A stretch of 64,000 bases of DNA. Source: Okamejei kenojei. Taxonomy: Eukaryota. The stretch is taken from NCBI GenBank assembly GCA_035221665.1, contig CM069133.1, positions 137,330,001 to 137,394,000 of the forward strand. The letters run 5' to 3'. Made by a program: the position numbers and the translations under genes. The notes under the pieces are model-generated. The model was not told the origin of the DNA. It saw only the letters and a list, made by a program, of their open reading frames with translations, and searched no databases. How positions within the stretch are numbered: the first letter of the stretch is position 1; each line of letters starts with the position of its first letter. Of this stretch, positions 12,620-24,608 are shown piece after piece.

Positions 12620-13142
12620 CAGTGCTTGTTTATTCCTCACTCTACCACCAGGGGCGCCGTACGATTGGCAGCCTCACCAACAATCTGTTTTTTTGTTCTT
12701 TTTTGTGTGTTTTGAAAGTTTGTTTTAATGTTCTCTGGTTTGTTTTATGTGGGGGAGGGGGAAACTTTTTTTTCAATCTCTTACCCTGCCGGAGATGCGA
12801 TTAATTTCTGGATCGTATCTTCGGTCGCTCTACGGCCTAACATCTTGGAGCTGGATGCCTCGCCCAGGTCTGACTTTGAGCCCAACTGCAGGGTGCGGAC
12901 TTACCATGGGAGCCGATCCCTTGCCTGGGGACTTTACCACCGAGAGCTCGCAAGGGAATAGATTTAACATTTTTCGCCTTCCTTCACAGTGAGAATGTGG
13001 AGGAGTCACTGTGGTGGATGTTTATGTTAAAATGTATATTCTGTGTTCTTTTGCTTTTTATTTGTATGACTGACTTGGCAAATGAAATTCCTCCTACGTT
13101 GCAAAACACACTTGGCTAATAAAGTATTATTGTATTGTATTA
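12620..13142 (+). mobile_element. Unclassified non-autonomous retroelement with a GC-rich body and AATAAA-(TATTG)n tail
   Basis: 3' ~180 bp shared with 26560-26862 (AGATTTAAC...TCACAGTGAG...GTTGCAAAACA...GCTAATAAAG). Confidence 0.65.
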
Positions 13143-14124
13143 AAGCCATTACCTTCTAATGAGAATTATATGACATATAGCAATACAAAGATTGTAAATT
13201 CCATTAATGGTTTAGTTATTAACACACTTGCTTGTGAGATTAAACCATCTGGACCATGAGCGTCTCGGGTTACTTCCCAGGGCAAAATGAAGGTGTAAAT
13301 AATCTGTCGATTTCCAACCCCACTGCTCAAACCTTACGCAAATTGATACCACTGGGCAGTCAGCACCAATGGAACTGTATTGAAACGCTAGTCTTTACAT
13401 TAAAGCAAAGACAATGAATTGGAAAATGAGGAAGTTCTGTAATTATTTGTCTGCTTTAAGCAAGCTTTATTTGAAGCACAGGAAATTCATTAAGTTGAGG
13501 AAGTGACTGAGCGGGTGTCTATGCTGCTACTGACCTCAGTGCTTTGATCTGGAACCCACAGTCTTGTTCCTATGTGTCCATTTACTGGGCAAACACAATG
13601 CAAGCAGTGACCACGGTCACTGGCCTACTGCGATCAGCTGTCTGTTTTATTTAAGCACATTTCTGCAACGGGTGAATGCAATGAATATGGAACCAGGTCC
13701 TGGCAAAAATACAGCCAAATGCGCAGGACATTTTGGCCTCTGTTTTCAACTTTGGTTGACATTGTTAAACTCGGCAAAGTAAACTCAAATCAATTTTGAA
13801 ATCCCTTTGCACATTTACACCCAAATGGTTGAAGGTCAAATTGTAATTTGTATCTTCCTGACCTGCCAATGGTGTGCGAAGGTGACCTTCCCTCAGACTT
13901 GGCACGAACATTAAACACAATGTGAGTTTTAATATCATTGACGGTAGTTTGTATTATTAGCAATGTTCTTCAAAGGCCACTAGTGTTTACAAACTGTGCA
14001 AGTGGCACGAAAGTGAATAAAATAAGAATGTAACTTATGTTGCGCATTTATGTTCAAGGTATGTGACAACGAGCGGTGTTGCAGTGAGCCAGGATGCGAG
14101 GAGCTTGGTTTCCTTCTGTATTGA

Positions 14125-14144
14125 GTTGCCATGGTGATGCAAAT
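14125..14144 (+). promoter_or_regulatory. Candidate RFX X-box overlapping an octamer motif
   Basis: GTTGCCATGGTGAT (X-box consensus GTTGCCATGGCAAC) overlaps ATGCAAAT, in a TE-free block; motif match only. Confidence 0.3.
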
Positions 14145-15433
14145 AGAGTGAATAATGAGATAATTGCTTATGGTGGGGAAGTGGAGAAATTCACAGCTTT
14201 TCTAAAAGGAGTGGACGGTGCTTACATGTCTCCCGCTCAACCTTGGTTTTTTGTCCCACCATTTCTAATCTGATTATTCAGTTTATGACTTTAGGAAGAG
14301 TGGGAAATGTGCTCACACGGTAGGCATTCACCTTTTGGCCCTCTTTGATTAGCCACCCATGTCTTTCTATTACCATTTCCTTTATTGAGGAAGAATTAAC
14401 TTCAGACTCTCAAGCTATTTTTCTGATACATTTTGGGGATTATTGTGAAATACTTTCACACCTTTTCTATTGGGGGCAGCGGCTGGAGGAATCGTTTCCA
14501 TGTTAACTTCCAGGAAAGCATTGAATTGAATTAAATTCTGCCATCACCCTTTCACTTCGAGATTAACTTTTTTTCTTCTGTTGATTTTTTAAGAGGGCTT
14601 TGTGGAGAATAGACTTTAGCAGACATTTGTGATGCATGCTTTTGTGTGAGTTATATAGTCACGAAGATCACTTTTTCCACCAGCTTTGCCACGGCAGAAG
14701 AAAAAAGCCCCTCCCGTTCAAGGATGAAAGCTGGAGACTAATCTGCTTCCATCTGGAAAATCAGAGAGCCAGGGGTTGCAGTCATGAGGTCACGTCCCTT
14801 ATGTAAACTGTCAGATTCTTTTTACATTAAAAATTTATCACGTAAATACCAACTGAGGACTTGTCAGAGACACTCCTAAGAATGTAAAGCCAGACTCTTC
14901 TCGAAAAAATGAAGGACTCTGTAAAAGGAAGAAAAATGATCGCCTTGCGTGTCTGCAACTAGTTATTATTCTATTGGGAGTCAGCAGGAAGAGAGAATCT
15001 AAGTTGCTGTGACAAAGCCATAAGACCATTGTGGTAAAAGATGTTCAGAGCATGAACTCACATTGCACTTTCCCTATTATATTTCTCCACTGATTCCTGA
15101 ACGGTTTATTTTTTTTACTCTTTGAAGTGATTAGCTGGGAAGAAATTAGAGGTATTGAATCCCTGGGAATGTTGTTTCTGTATGAGGCAGATAGTGTGCT
15201 CTCCACTGTGACTAAAATTGGTGTGTTTGCTCTGGACGCTCTGGATGCCAGCTGGGCAATGGGATGGCAGGGATTCCTGCCCGAGTGTGCGAAGATCAAA
15301 GATCCGCGGTCGGAGTCTGTAGCGAATGTGTGCTTTGGGTGGAACAGTTTGCCATAGAGAGTGTGCGGCCTCAACTGAAATAATGCGTCTGCTTTTTGTT
15401 TCTGAGGCGTCTCTAAATGATAATGGTGGAAAT

Positions 15434-15513
15434 GACCCGAAACGTCACCCATTCCTTCTCTCCAGAGATGCTGCCTGTCCCGTTGAGTTACTCCAGCTTT
15501 TTGTGTCTATCTT
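15434..15513 (+). mobile_element. PLE-derived element truncated inside stem II
   Basis: GACCCGAAACGTCACCCATTCC...TTTTTGTGTCTATC. Confidence 0.85.
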
Positions 15514-17351
15514 TGGAATGTATTAGGAGACGTGGTTATTGTCCCATGACTGTGATAGTCTATCAAGACTTGCAGCAATAGCAAGGAAGTTGGACTAATT
15601 CCTGGACAACATCATAAACTTAATTGTATATTCATTGAATGGATAATAGAAGAAAGAGGGGAAAAAAACTATTCACTGGATTTCTCTGCTTGGTGATGCT
15701 GTTGTATTTGTTCAGTGTGCCGTTTGCCCACGTTATATGGATTAATGACGAGGATACTGAAACATTTTCACTTTTGTCGCCAGCTCACTATCACTGTCTT
15801 TAGATCAATATTTTGTGTCTAGAACACTTGTCACATTTTAGCTGTTTCACTCTGAATGGGGTTAAATGGAGAGGTACAGCATAGGATCAGGCCTTTTGGC
15901 CCACAATGTCTGCAGTGACCATGATGTCAATCTAAACCAATCCCACGTGTCTGCATGTGATCCATATCTCTCCATTTCCTACTTGTTTGTGTACTTCACC
16001 CATACAGCATGGAAACAGGCCCTTCAGCATGCCTACTAGGGTGCCTGCCTGAGCTGGTCCCATTTGCCTGGATATGGCCGTCTAGTGCACTTTTCAGGGA
16101 ACAGCAGCTTATGTAGGTCCAGTACTTTTCTGATCTTTGAAGTTGGATGCAGTAATATTTGACCCAACGATTGCCACAATTTATGTGCAAATTAGTTGCA
16201 TTTGAGTCATTAAAGACCATACCCGTCCATTCCTTCCGTCCATAACCTTCCACTTTACTCTTAAATGTTAAAATCGAACCTTTTCTGCTGGATCATTCCA
16301 CACAGCCACCACCCTAAATACCCCAAACTTCTGTCCCCTTAAATGATTCCAAAATCAATACCTGTTCAACCTTTCTCTGAAACAGAGTTGTGGAACCCTT
16401 AATCTCCTTGTACTCTCTCTATTTTTGTTTGCGACCAAAATTCATTTCTTACCAGAGTATTGCAGCACAACCAAAGGCTTCTTTACACCATGAACTATAT
16501 ATCTTGACATTAAGGTTTGTTTATCAGTAATTAAAATGATTCAGAAAATACCTTTTGTGTTTTTGCTTCATTTAAGGAGTATTGCATTCATGAACTATAC
16601 ATCTAGCAACTGCTCTTTTGCCAGGACAGCATCCTATAATTAGGTAGAACTGCTGGAAAAACGTATGGCCATCAGATTGGCATCAATCCAAGCAGCCCTG
16701 AGATTCAAAAACACGTCTGTGGACCTTGTTGTTTAACAACTTCCTTTCATTAAGGACTTCAAGGTGTGTGTCGAGTATGCCGATTAATTCTTGGATCTGT
16801 TTTTGGTGAAATGTCATTCTGTGATGAGAGTTTTCAATGCGGACTAGATTAGGTGTTCTCTGTGGGATTACAAAATGAGTTCTGAATGGCCAGTGCAAGT
16901 TCTACTGTGCAAAGTTTGCATAGAAATTACTGTTAGCATTAATTTGGTGGGCGTCAGGATGTGGGAAGGAAAATGCAAATGCTGAATTATTTTTCTTAAG
17001 TGAGCTATTGGACATTATAGGGACAGCCCAACGAGAACCTGATCACTCTGCTATCTTCACACAGCCTGATGAAGTAGGATTTGGTTTATAAAATAATCGA
17101 AAGTTTGTAGATTACCAATACGTAATTGATAGCTAGGAAAAAAAATTGACCCCATTTGTAAATGGTAAGTTTTCTTATTAAAATAGAATGTCCAAGTGAC
17201 AATTGATCCCAGCTGAATTTCTTCTCCAGTAATTCCTCTCTCTGGTGAGTAGATTGGAGGCTAAGCCAGCCTGAGACGGTTTTAGAAACTAGGAGGGTCC
17301 CCTCTAAAAGTTCAAGTGTGCTGTGGCAAACTGTCAGCCACAATCTTCTTG

Positions 17352-17441
17352 TAGACACAAAATGCTGGAGTAACTCAGCAGGACAGGCAGCATCTCTGGT
17401 GAGAACGTAAGGGTTGACGTTTCAGATCAAAACCCTTCTTT
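17352..17441 (-). mobile_element. PLE-derived hammerhead element
   Basis: TAGACACAAAATGCTGGAGTAACTCAGC...GACGTTTCAGATCAAAACCCTTCTT; imperfect flanking repeat CACAATYTTMTTG. Confidence 0.8.
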
Positions 17442-18454
17442 CTTTCTTTCCTACACAATTTTATTGAACAGGCTGCTTTTATTGAGGCATTTGCAACTCT
17501 AATCCCCAAGTTATGTTGCTATTGAAAAGACTTTAACACACTGGTTAAAGTGTTTTTACTTTAACACACTTTAACAGGTACCATCAGAAGTGATCCCAAG
17601 ATGGATTTCACCTCTCCATCGATCCTCAGTGGGCAATTGGTCTCGTACGCTGAGCACTTTTGGTTTTTGTTAACACTTTTGACATCATGATAAATGCCAT
17701 CCTTTGTATTCCAAGGCTGTCCCACTGTGAAATGCGACAGTTGTCATTTAGGCTTACAGGCAGATATATTTAAATCATCCTGTTTTCAGTAATTTCCATC
17801 TTGAAAGCCTCCTGCTATTCGTACCAGGAGCCAATGGCATTACGACAAATTTCAGCAGCGTATTTAGGCAGCAAATATTTAACAGCATGAGTTCAACATT
17901 AATATTCAAACCACAGAGTGAAATGCAAACAGCACCTACCTTGCACCTAGGTCATTTCTCAGGAAGAAATATTGCTCGGTGATTTGGAGAATGGCCATAC
18001 GGTGGCTTTGGAAAAAATGTAATCAGCATAACCTGGGGCTTAGACGGTTAAGATAGAATATGCACTACAGATTTTATCATACACACTCCACTGTTTGCAA
18101 TAATATGAATGATGCCCTTTGTAAAATGGATTTGTACCTGCTCATTCATTCATGCACTACTATTCAGCTGCATAACTGCACAACATTTCAGGAACCCTCG
18201 TTACAAATAGCTGGAGGTGTGTATAGATGATTCGGTTAGTCGGTGGTAAATTGTGGAAGGATTATAGTTTAGCAACTTCAATACCAATTCTTGATATATG
18301 ACGTGAAATCAGTAGTCTTTACATGATACTGAGTGTACAAGGACCGAACACTCATTCTGAAACTTGTGATGACAAACACTATGAACACTTTAACATAACA
18401 TAACATAACATAATTTGGGATGCAAACTTGAGCAAAAACCTGCAGTAGAAATAA

Positions 18455-19014
18455 AGGGCCTGTCCTACTGCAGGGACCTAATTGGCGAGTTTAGAAGAGT
18501 TTGCCCTCGACTCGTACTCGCAGCATGGTCGACACGAGGTCCTAGGAGGTCTTTGTAACTCTCCTTCATGCTCTAGAGTAGTCCCCGCGTACTTGAGGCC
18601 TCAGCTAGGTCGCGGCGCTTTTTTAGCATGCTGAAAAATGCCCGCAAGTAAAGAAATGTCGCCATGGAAAAAAAAATCAATGTTTATTTTACTCGTAGGT
18701 TTAGTCGTCGTAGGTCGGCATGTTATTCGTAGGTAATCGAAGGCAATCAAATGCAATCGAGGGTAGTCGAAGGAGGCTGTCTTCACTCTACACTTCGGTG
18801 TCCGATTTTTCCCGAAGCTAGTCGAGGCTAGTCTTCAACATAGTCGCAGGAGGTCGAAGGAGATTGAAGGAGGTCTTCTACATAGTCAAAGGAGGTCTTC
18901 AACATATTCGTAGGAGGTTCTCTACATAGTCGAAGGAGGTACCATGACACTTTTTCATACTCTCCTAAACTCTTCTGCACTCGGAAATTAGGTCCCCGCA
19001 GTGGGACAGGCCCT
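18455..19014. mobile_element. PIF/Harbinger-type MITE
   Basis: TIRs AGGGCCTGTCCTACTGCAGGGACCTAATT / AATTAGGTCCCCGCAGTGGGACAGGCCCT, TAA on both sides, internal TAGTCGAAGGAGG sub-repeats. Confidence 0.85.
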
Positions 19015-19029
19015 TAAGGAACTTACAAA

Positions 19030-19223
19030 GAAGGACACAAAGTGCTGGAGTAATCCAGTGAGTCGGGCAGTATCACCGTAGAACATGGATAGGTGATGTT
19101 TCGGGTCGGGACCATTCTCCAGACTGCTATTTCCGGTTGGATCATTCTTCAGACTGACGTTTCAGGTTGGAACACTACTTCAGTCTGCTGACCCACTGAG
19201 TTACTCCAGAATGTTGTGTCCTC
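19030..19223. mobile_element. Inverted PLE element pair containing three tandem hammerhead cores (minus strand)
   Basis: Minus-strand tail, three ~30-bp units (19095-19125, 19126-19155, 19156-19187), then plus-strand tail CTGACCCACTGAGTTACTCCAG. Confidence 0.8.
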
Positions 19224-19391
19224 CAGTGGAGCCTGCTTGGCCATGTGGTTGAACAAGAGCCTTTCACTTTTGGAATCTGGTTATAAAGTCATCCCAGACT
19301 CATGAGGGAAGATTTTTTTTTATTCTCAGGTCACCAGCTGACTGATGGAGCCCCTTGTCTTGGAGGGAAACACTGCCTACATTGCAGTCCA

Positions 19392-20360
19392 TCTAGACAT
19401 AACTAAAACTGTGCTCTTCCGGTTTGCCCGATTTTTCTATTTGCGCAAAGGCGGTACACGATAGCGCTACGTATTTTTGTCAGCTCACTCATCGTTCTCC
19501 TGTGCTGCGAGTGCAACAAGTTTCGGTCCGATCAGTAGTATATTGTAAAAGTTAGTGAGGTTTAAAAATCTTTAAAACGCGCCGCACGGATCGGTCTCTT
19601 CTGTCACTGCCCAGGACGGTCCACCCCTTCCTGCGCCATCGTGTCTTTATTGGAGCTGTGGGACGCAGTGGGTGGCCGGCGAAGGTCTCCAACCGGACAC
19701 ACTTTTCGGAGGGACCGGAAGCAGCCTGGCGCGGAGTCGGAGATGTCCGCAAACGGAAAGTGGAGAGTCTGATCCCAGTGGAAGAGAGAGTCCCAAACGC
19801 ACTGCCATCGCAACGCCCGCAGCTGCAGCCCCTTCCCCTCGCTGGCTCCTGCCCCCATCCCCCGTGGTACCCCCCCCCTCCCCCTCCCCCATGGATCTTC
19901 CCCCGTCTTTTCTCCAAGCTCTCCAACCCCCTCCCCCACCCACACATCGGCGTGGCCGTGGCTGCTCGTGTTTCCGGGCTGAGCCGAGGATCCGCGCCGA
20001 CGGCTGATGCTCCTCCGGGGCACGCAAGAAGGGAGAGGAGCGGCAACCTCGAGATCCTGGGGAGGGGAGGAGGGAGTGTGGGGGAGGAGAGGGGATAGAG
20101 GGAGCGGAGGGAGGGGGGGAGGAGGGAGGGAGAGGAGTTATGGAGGAAGGGAGTGACTGAGGGTAGGGGAGGGATTGGGGAGGGGTAGGAAGAGAGGGAA
20201 AAGAAGAGCGAGAGTGTAAAGGAGGGGGGGGAGAGTGGTTGGGTTGAGGGGAAATGAGCTGCGCCTGTGCAGTTGGGGGCTATGGGTGAGCGGTGGAATA
20301 TTGCATTGGGGGACCAAGCCACCTGTGTGACAGGGACCCAACATGTCCCACTTAGTCTAA
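19392..20360 (+). mobile_element. Non-autonomous Helitron
   Basis: 5' A|TC start; 3' hairpin GGGAC-CCAACAT-GTCCC then ACTTAGT-CTAA (CTRR); no TIR or TSD; CpG-rich interior; same 3' end at 42890-43028 and 57216-57305. Confidence 0.7.
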
Positions 20361-20464
20361 CGACTCATTAAAATGGTGCTGCAGAGCTAACTGTCTTGAG
20401 CAGGCATCTCTCTGCAGCTCATTGTCTGTGGGCCAATACAATATTAGATAACTTTGGATATATA

Positions 20465-20660
20465 GCTGTGTTTTCCTCGTGTGCTCTGATTTCCCCCCAC
20501 ACTCAAATACCTCAAAGGTTTGTAAGTTAATTGGCATTAGTAAAAATTGTAACTTGTCCCTAGTGTGTAAGATAGTGTTAGTGTAAGGGGGTGATCGCTA
20601 GCCCACGTGGATTGGGTGGCCATAAGGGCCTGTTTCCACGCTGTATCTGTATGTAAAAAG
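20465..20660 (+). mobile_element. HE1-like SINE 3' half
   Basis: V-domain plus AAGGGCCTGTTTCCACGCTGTATCT tail. Confidence 0.8.
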
Positions 20661-20901
20661 TAACTAAAAAGAATGACCGGGCTCTGACTGTTAATTCAAT
20701 CGATGTGGTGACAACTGATCCAAATTTATTTCCTTAATACTGAGTGATTAAAAATTGATTACAATGAGTTGTTTCTTTTGCTCACGCATTGTCCATTCCC
20801 TTGGTCGAATGCTAGCCTCGGCTGTTAAATGACAGCATTGAGTCACTTTATCGAGCTATTTCATTGGCAATGATAATGTAGAAAAAAATCATGTTGACTT
20901 T

Positions 20902-21001
20902 CAGCCTGAAGAAGGGTCTCGACCCGAAACCTCACCAATTCCTTCTCTCCAGAGGTTCTGCCTGTCCCGCTGAGTTACTCCACCTTTTTGTGTCTATCTT
21001 C
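20902..21001 (+). mobile_element. PLE-derived hammerhead element
   Basis: CTGAAGAAGGGTCTCGACCCGAAACCTC...TTTTTGTGTCTATC. Confidence 0.85.
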
Positions 21002-21282
21002 ATGTCAGAGCACATAACACAGGATTAAATCGGATAAAACAGGGTTTGTGTTACAGAGAAGCGTAATATGGATATTTTTACCTGGGAACAAGACAATCCT
21101 TCCATAATGTGGGGGTGCCAGTGTGATGGAGATTTCTAGTTTGCTCAATGCAATAAGGTTACGATTGGTGACTGGCCAAGGCAACTCGGAAGTTACAAGG
21201 AGGGCACAATTCGCAAGCACAGGATGGCTCAGTAGCCAGCCGAGTATTAATGACATACCGCGTGGCAGCGTGCAAGATAAAA

Positions 21283-21643
21283 TTAGTTAATTCCAGGAAT
21301 GAGTAGGTTAAACTTTGATGAACATTTGTCGGCACTGGGCCTGTACTCGCTGGAGTTTAGAAGAGTGATGGGGGACCTCATTGAATCATAGCCTCAGAAT
21401 TAAAGGACGTTCTTTTAGGAAGGAGATGAGGAGGAATTTCTTTAATCGGAGGGTGGTGAATCTGTGGTATTCTTTGCCACAGAAGGCTGTGGAGGCAAAG
21501 TCAGTGGATAAATTTAAGGCAAAGATAGGTCCTTGATTAGTACAGGTGTCAGATGGGGAGAAGGCAGGAGATTGGGGTTCGGAGGGAGAGATAGGTCAGC
21601 CATGATTCAATCTACTCCTATTCCTTATGACTTTATGACCTTA
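21283..21643 (+). mobile_element. CR1 (HER1-like) LINE 3' fragment
   Basis: LGLYSLEFRR-coding stretch, GAGGGTGGTGAATCTGTGG, (CTTATGAC)n tail. Confidence 0.85.
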
Positions 21644-21740
21644 GTGCTGTCACTTGTCTAACGAGGAAAATGCGGCAGTTAATTTGAGGAGCACTATGCC
21701 CGACATACAACATAATGAGGTATCAAAATCTGTTTTACTA
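21644..21740 (-). mobile_element. Deu-domain SINE remnant
   Basis: Similar to the reverse complement of 39725-39880. Confidence 0.45.
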
Positions 21741-21790
21741 TTATGCGGTTAAGTGATAAATATCCAAAAGAGTTCTTTGTTCTACATTCT

Positions 21791-22103
21791 GCGGCACGGT
21801 GGCGCAGCGGTAGAGTTGATGCCTCACAGCGCTTGCAGCGCCAGAGACCCGGGTTCGATCCCGACTACGGGCGCTGTCTGTATGGAGTTTGTACATTCTC
21901 CCCGTGGTGGGTTTTCTCCGAGATTGAATATTTCGCCCCACGCTCCAAAGATGTACAAGTATGTAGGTCGATTGGCTTAGTAAATGTAAAAATTGTCGTT
22001 AGTGTGTGTAGGATAGTGGTAAATATGCAGGATCACTGGTCGGCACAGACCCGGTGGGCCAAAGGGCCTGCTTTCCGCGCTGTATCTCTAAACTACACTA
22101 AAC
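21791..22103 (+). mobile_element. Full-length HE1-like tRNA-derived V-SINE
   Basis: Box A TGGCGCAGCGG (21800-21810), box B GGTTCGATCCC (21852-21862), V-domain, CR1-derived tail ending CTAAACTACACTAAAC; short ACATTC TSD. Confidence 0.92.
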
Positions 22104-24608
22104 ATTCAGTGATACCATGAGATCTTTCTCAGGGCGCAGATCGGGTGCCTCATCATGGGAATGGAGGTGGGACTACAGGAGGTGCATTTCATTATTGTCT
22201 TTGATCTCTGTTTATGAACCATAGCTCTAATCCATTTCCATGGGGCAGATCGGGTTTTAAATTGTCTCCATGATGTTGAAAGTTCTCCTCACTGTCAGTT
22301 GTGATGTATTTTCTGTGTCTGTGCATTGTTAATGAAAATAAGGCATTAGCAAAAAATGCTGCTAATTTGATTCTGAATATCAATTTCACTTTTAAAGGTC
22401 ACCAAATGGTTGGCATGGGAAATGGATAAGGACACATTGGTGTAATAAGGCCTGCTGTAGTGAGGTTTAATTTGAGGCATAGCTACGACAAAGCAAAAAA
22501 TTACTTTACTCAAAACATCTTTACTGAGCCAGAGAGGACCCTTGGGAGACATAGTATTCTCTGTGCTTCTGCCAATAATCTTTATCATGATGAGCACAAA
22601 ATTCATTTAAAAGGAAATGCTTAAATAAATAATATACTACTGAAACTAAAATAACAATACAAAGTATCAATGACATGTTCTTAATTAACTGTTGTTAATT
22701 TAGGGGTAAAAAATGAAAATAAAACTAGAAATAATATCAATAATTAGTCATTATCTAAAAGTGGGCGGATGCTTTTCCGTGTCTTAATTAGAAAGCACAA
22801 AAGATTGAGATGATTGCCCAGACGCCATTGCAGCTTCCTCATACTAATTGACAATGTGTATGCCAGGTTACTCTTGCGTTTCGTCAGGCGGGGTATGTAA
22901 AGGCATTGAGGCAAGCCACCTGCTTTTCTAAATGTATTAAAACATGGTGTCACTTATGAAATTATTGTTGTTTGACATTTAAAATGGTGCATTAATCACA
23001 GTTAATTATGTGACATACTACAACATGTGCTGGAGGCCGGTTGCAGAACCAGCTACTGTGGGTGATTTAAAGGCAAAATTAAGTGCTATTTACTGCTGAG
23101 TGCAGCTTATGCAGAATAGTCATCGAATATAGGATTGTCTCAGGAAGAAATGCCAGCAGCCTCTGCCTTGTGAGCTGCATAGCAACCTGGATGATTAGAA
23201 AATCCTCCCCAAAAAACTACTGGGACTGCAGGATTTACAGAAGTAAATTTGCTTGTTTATTGGACGAGGAATTAGATGTTTTTGTTAAATCATAAGATGG
23301 GGATAATTTCTGTTTTTATTTTCAACAATCTCAACATCAGGTAAATGCATTTCTTTCAAGGAATTGAAAGACATCCCTGACAAAGGAAAAAAACCCATGC
23401 ACCCACCCATCTCTGAAAAAAGTCTACGTGCAGCTGAGCTTAATCTACAATTGACGACCTCTTTAGAGACTATTTAGGGCTCATGGGTATGTTTTGTTTC
23501 CATTCGCATCTTGCTAAACCACACTGGGCACAGTTAAGTGATTTTTTTCTTTAGATGGAGAGGAAATAATGGCAGGCGTACTGATTAGTTTTGCAAATAA
23601 AGAGGAGGCAGATGGATAAAGAGACAAAATATTAGTGTCGTATGCCTGTGTGTATACAACACTTACTTGCATTTGAATGCACGTAAGGTAGCTGCCACTT
23701 GTTTGAATATTACAGGTGTTGCCACCATCTAATTTCAGAACTGCAGACTTACAGATACAGTTTGATTGTCAGGACAAAAGTTCCACTTTTTGTTGCTAAA
23801 AAGTATTAACAAGTCAGTTACGGCTGCCACTGGCGATGCCTTTGCAAAGTATGAAGGGTTCTGATTTAAATTGCTTGTACATGGACTAAAAGCCAGTTCT
23901 TTTCCATTATGTTGAAAAAAATAGACACATGAATGGCACAAATTAATCAAATTCACGGCAAGAATAGAAGGCTCTCGGCAGCTAAATGCATGTGAAAGCA
24001 GTTCTTAAAACGAGGGTGAGGACCCATCACATCAACATAAAAAATGGTTGGTTTATTAAGTCTGTGGGATTGTGAGGCTTGACCAAGCCTGTATGCCACC
24101 ATTGAAGGGGAACAAGGCAATGGGCTGCGCAGGGGAAATCTCCCCCACCCCGAGTGATACTGCTGTGGCACTGAAAGAACTCCTTGGTGAGCTGGGGTCA
24201 GAGGTTGAAACGCAGTGCCAGCTGACAAGGCTGCCTCGTTGCGATGGTAGTGCCCTATTCAGAATCGGAGAGTGACAAATACATTTTCACTTAGTAATAT
24301 TGTAAGACCACTGCTATGATATGTGACAAGGAGATCTTTCACTGAGAGTGGAAGACTCTATCTAAAAAGTGTTTCAATTTTCCCAGTTTCCAACTCAATA
24401 TTAACGTAAGCAAGAAGCACCGAATAATCATTAGTTTATTTTGCCTTCTTCCATCTAAGTATATTTGAGATCCTATAGTTTAAGCATTCAGAGTGTATTA
24501 TGAAATGAAGGAAATTGTGTAGAATGTGAAGAGCAAAGCCCTTCTAATCAAACTGGAGGTTATTTGCAAGTAGAAAAAATGTGTGATAATCTGAAGTTTA
24601 AAAAAAAT

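Noticed and set aside
12645-12658. CTCF-like motif CCACCAGGGGCGCC
   Set aside because: One G short of the CCACCAGGGGGCGC core; cannot be supported as a site
18700-18945. Regularly recurring TAGTCGAAGGAGG units suggesting a CRISPR-like array
   Set aside because: Short degenerate sub-repeats inside a MITE, with no unique constant-length spacers, no cas genes and a eukaryotic context
19552-20322. 256-aa ORF and overlapping 110-146 aa ORFs
   Set aside because: Low-complexity Pro/Ser/Gly translations that stay open in several frames because the Helitron interior is GC-rich; no domain motifs
21791-21865. tRNA-like sequence with box A and box B
   Set aside because: It is the head of an HE1 SINE and continues into the V-domain and LINE tail; no intact cloverleaf
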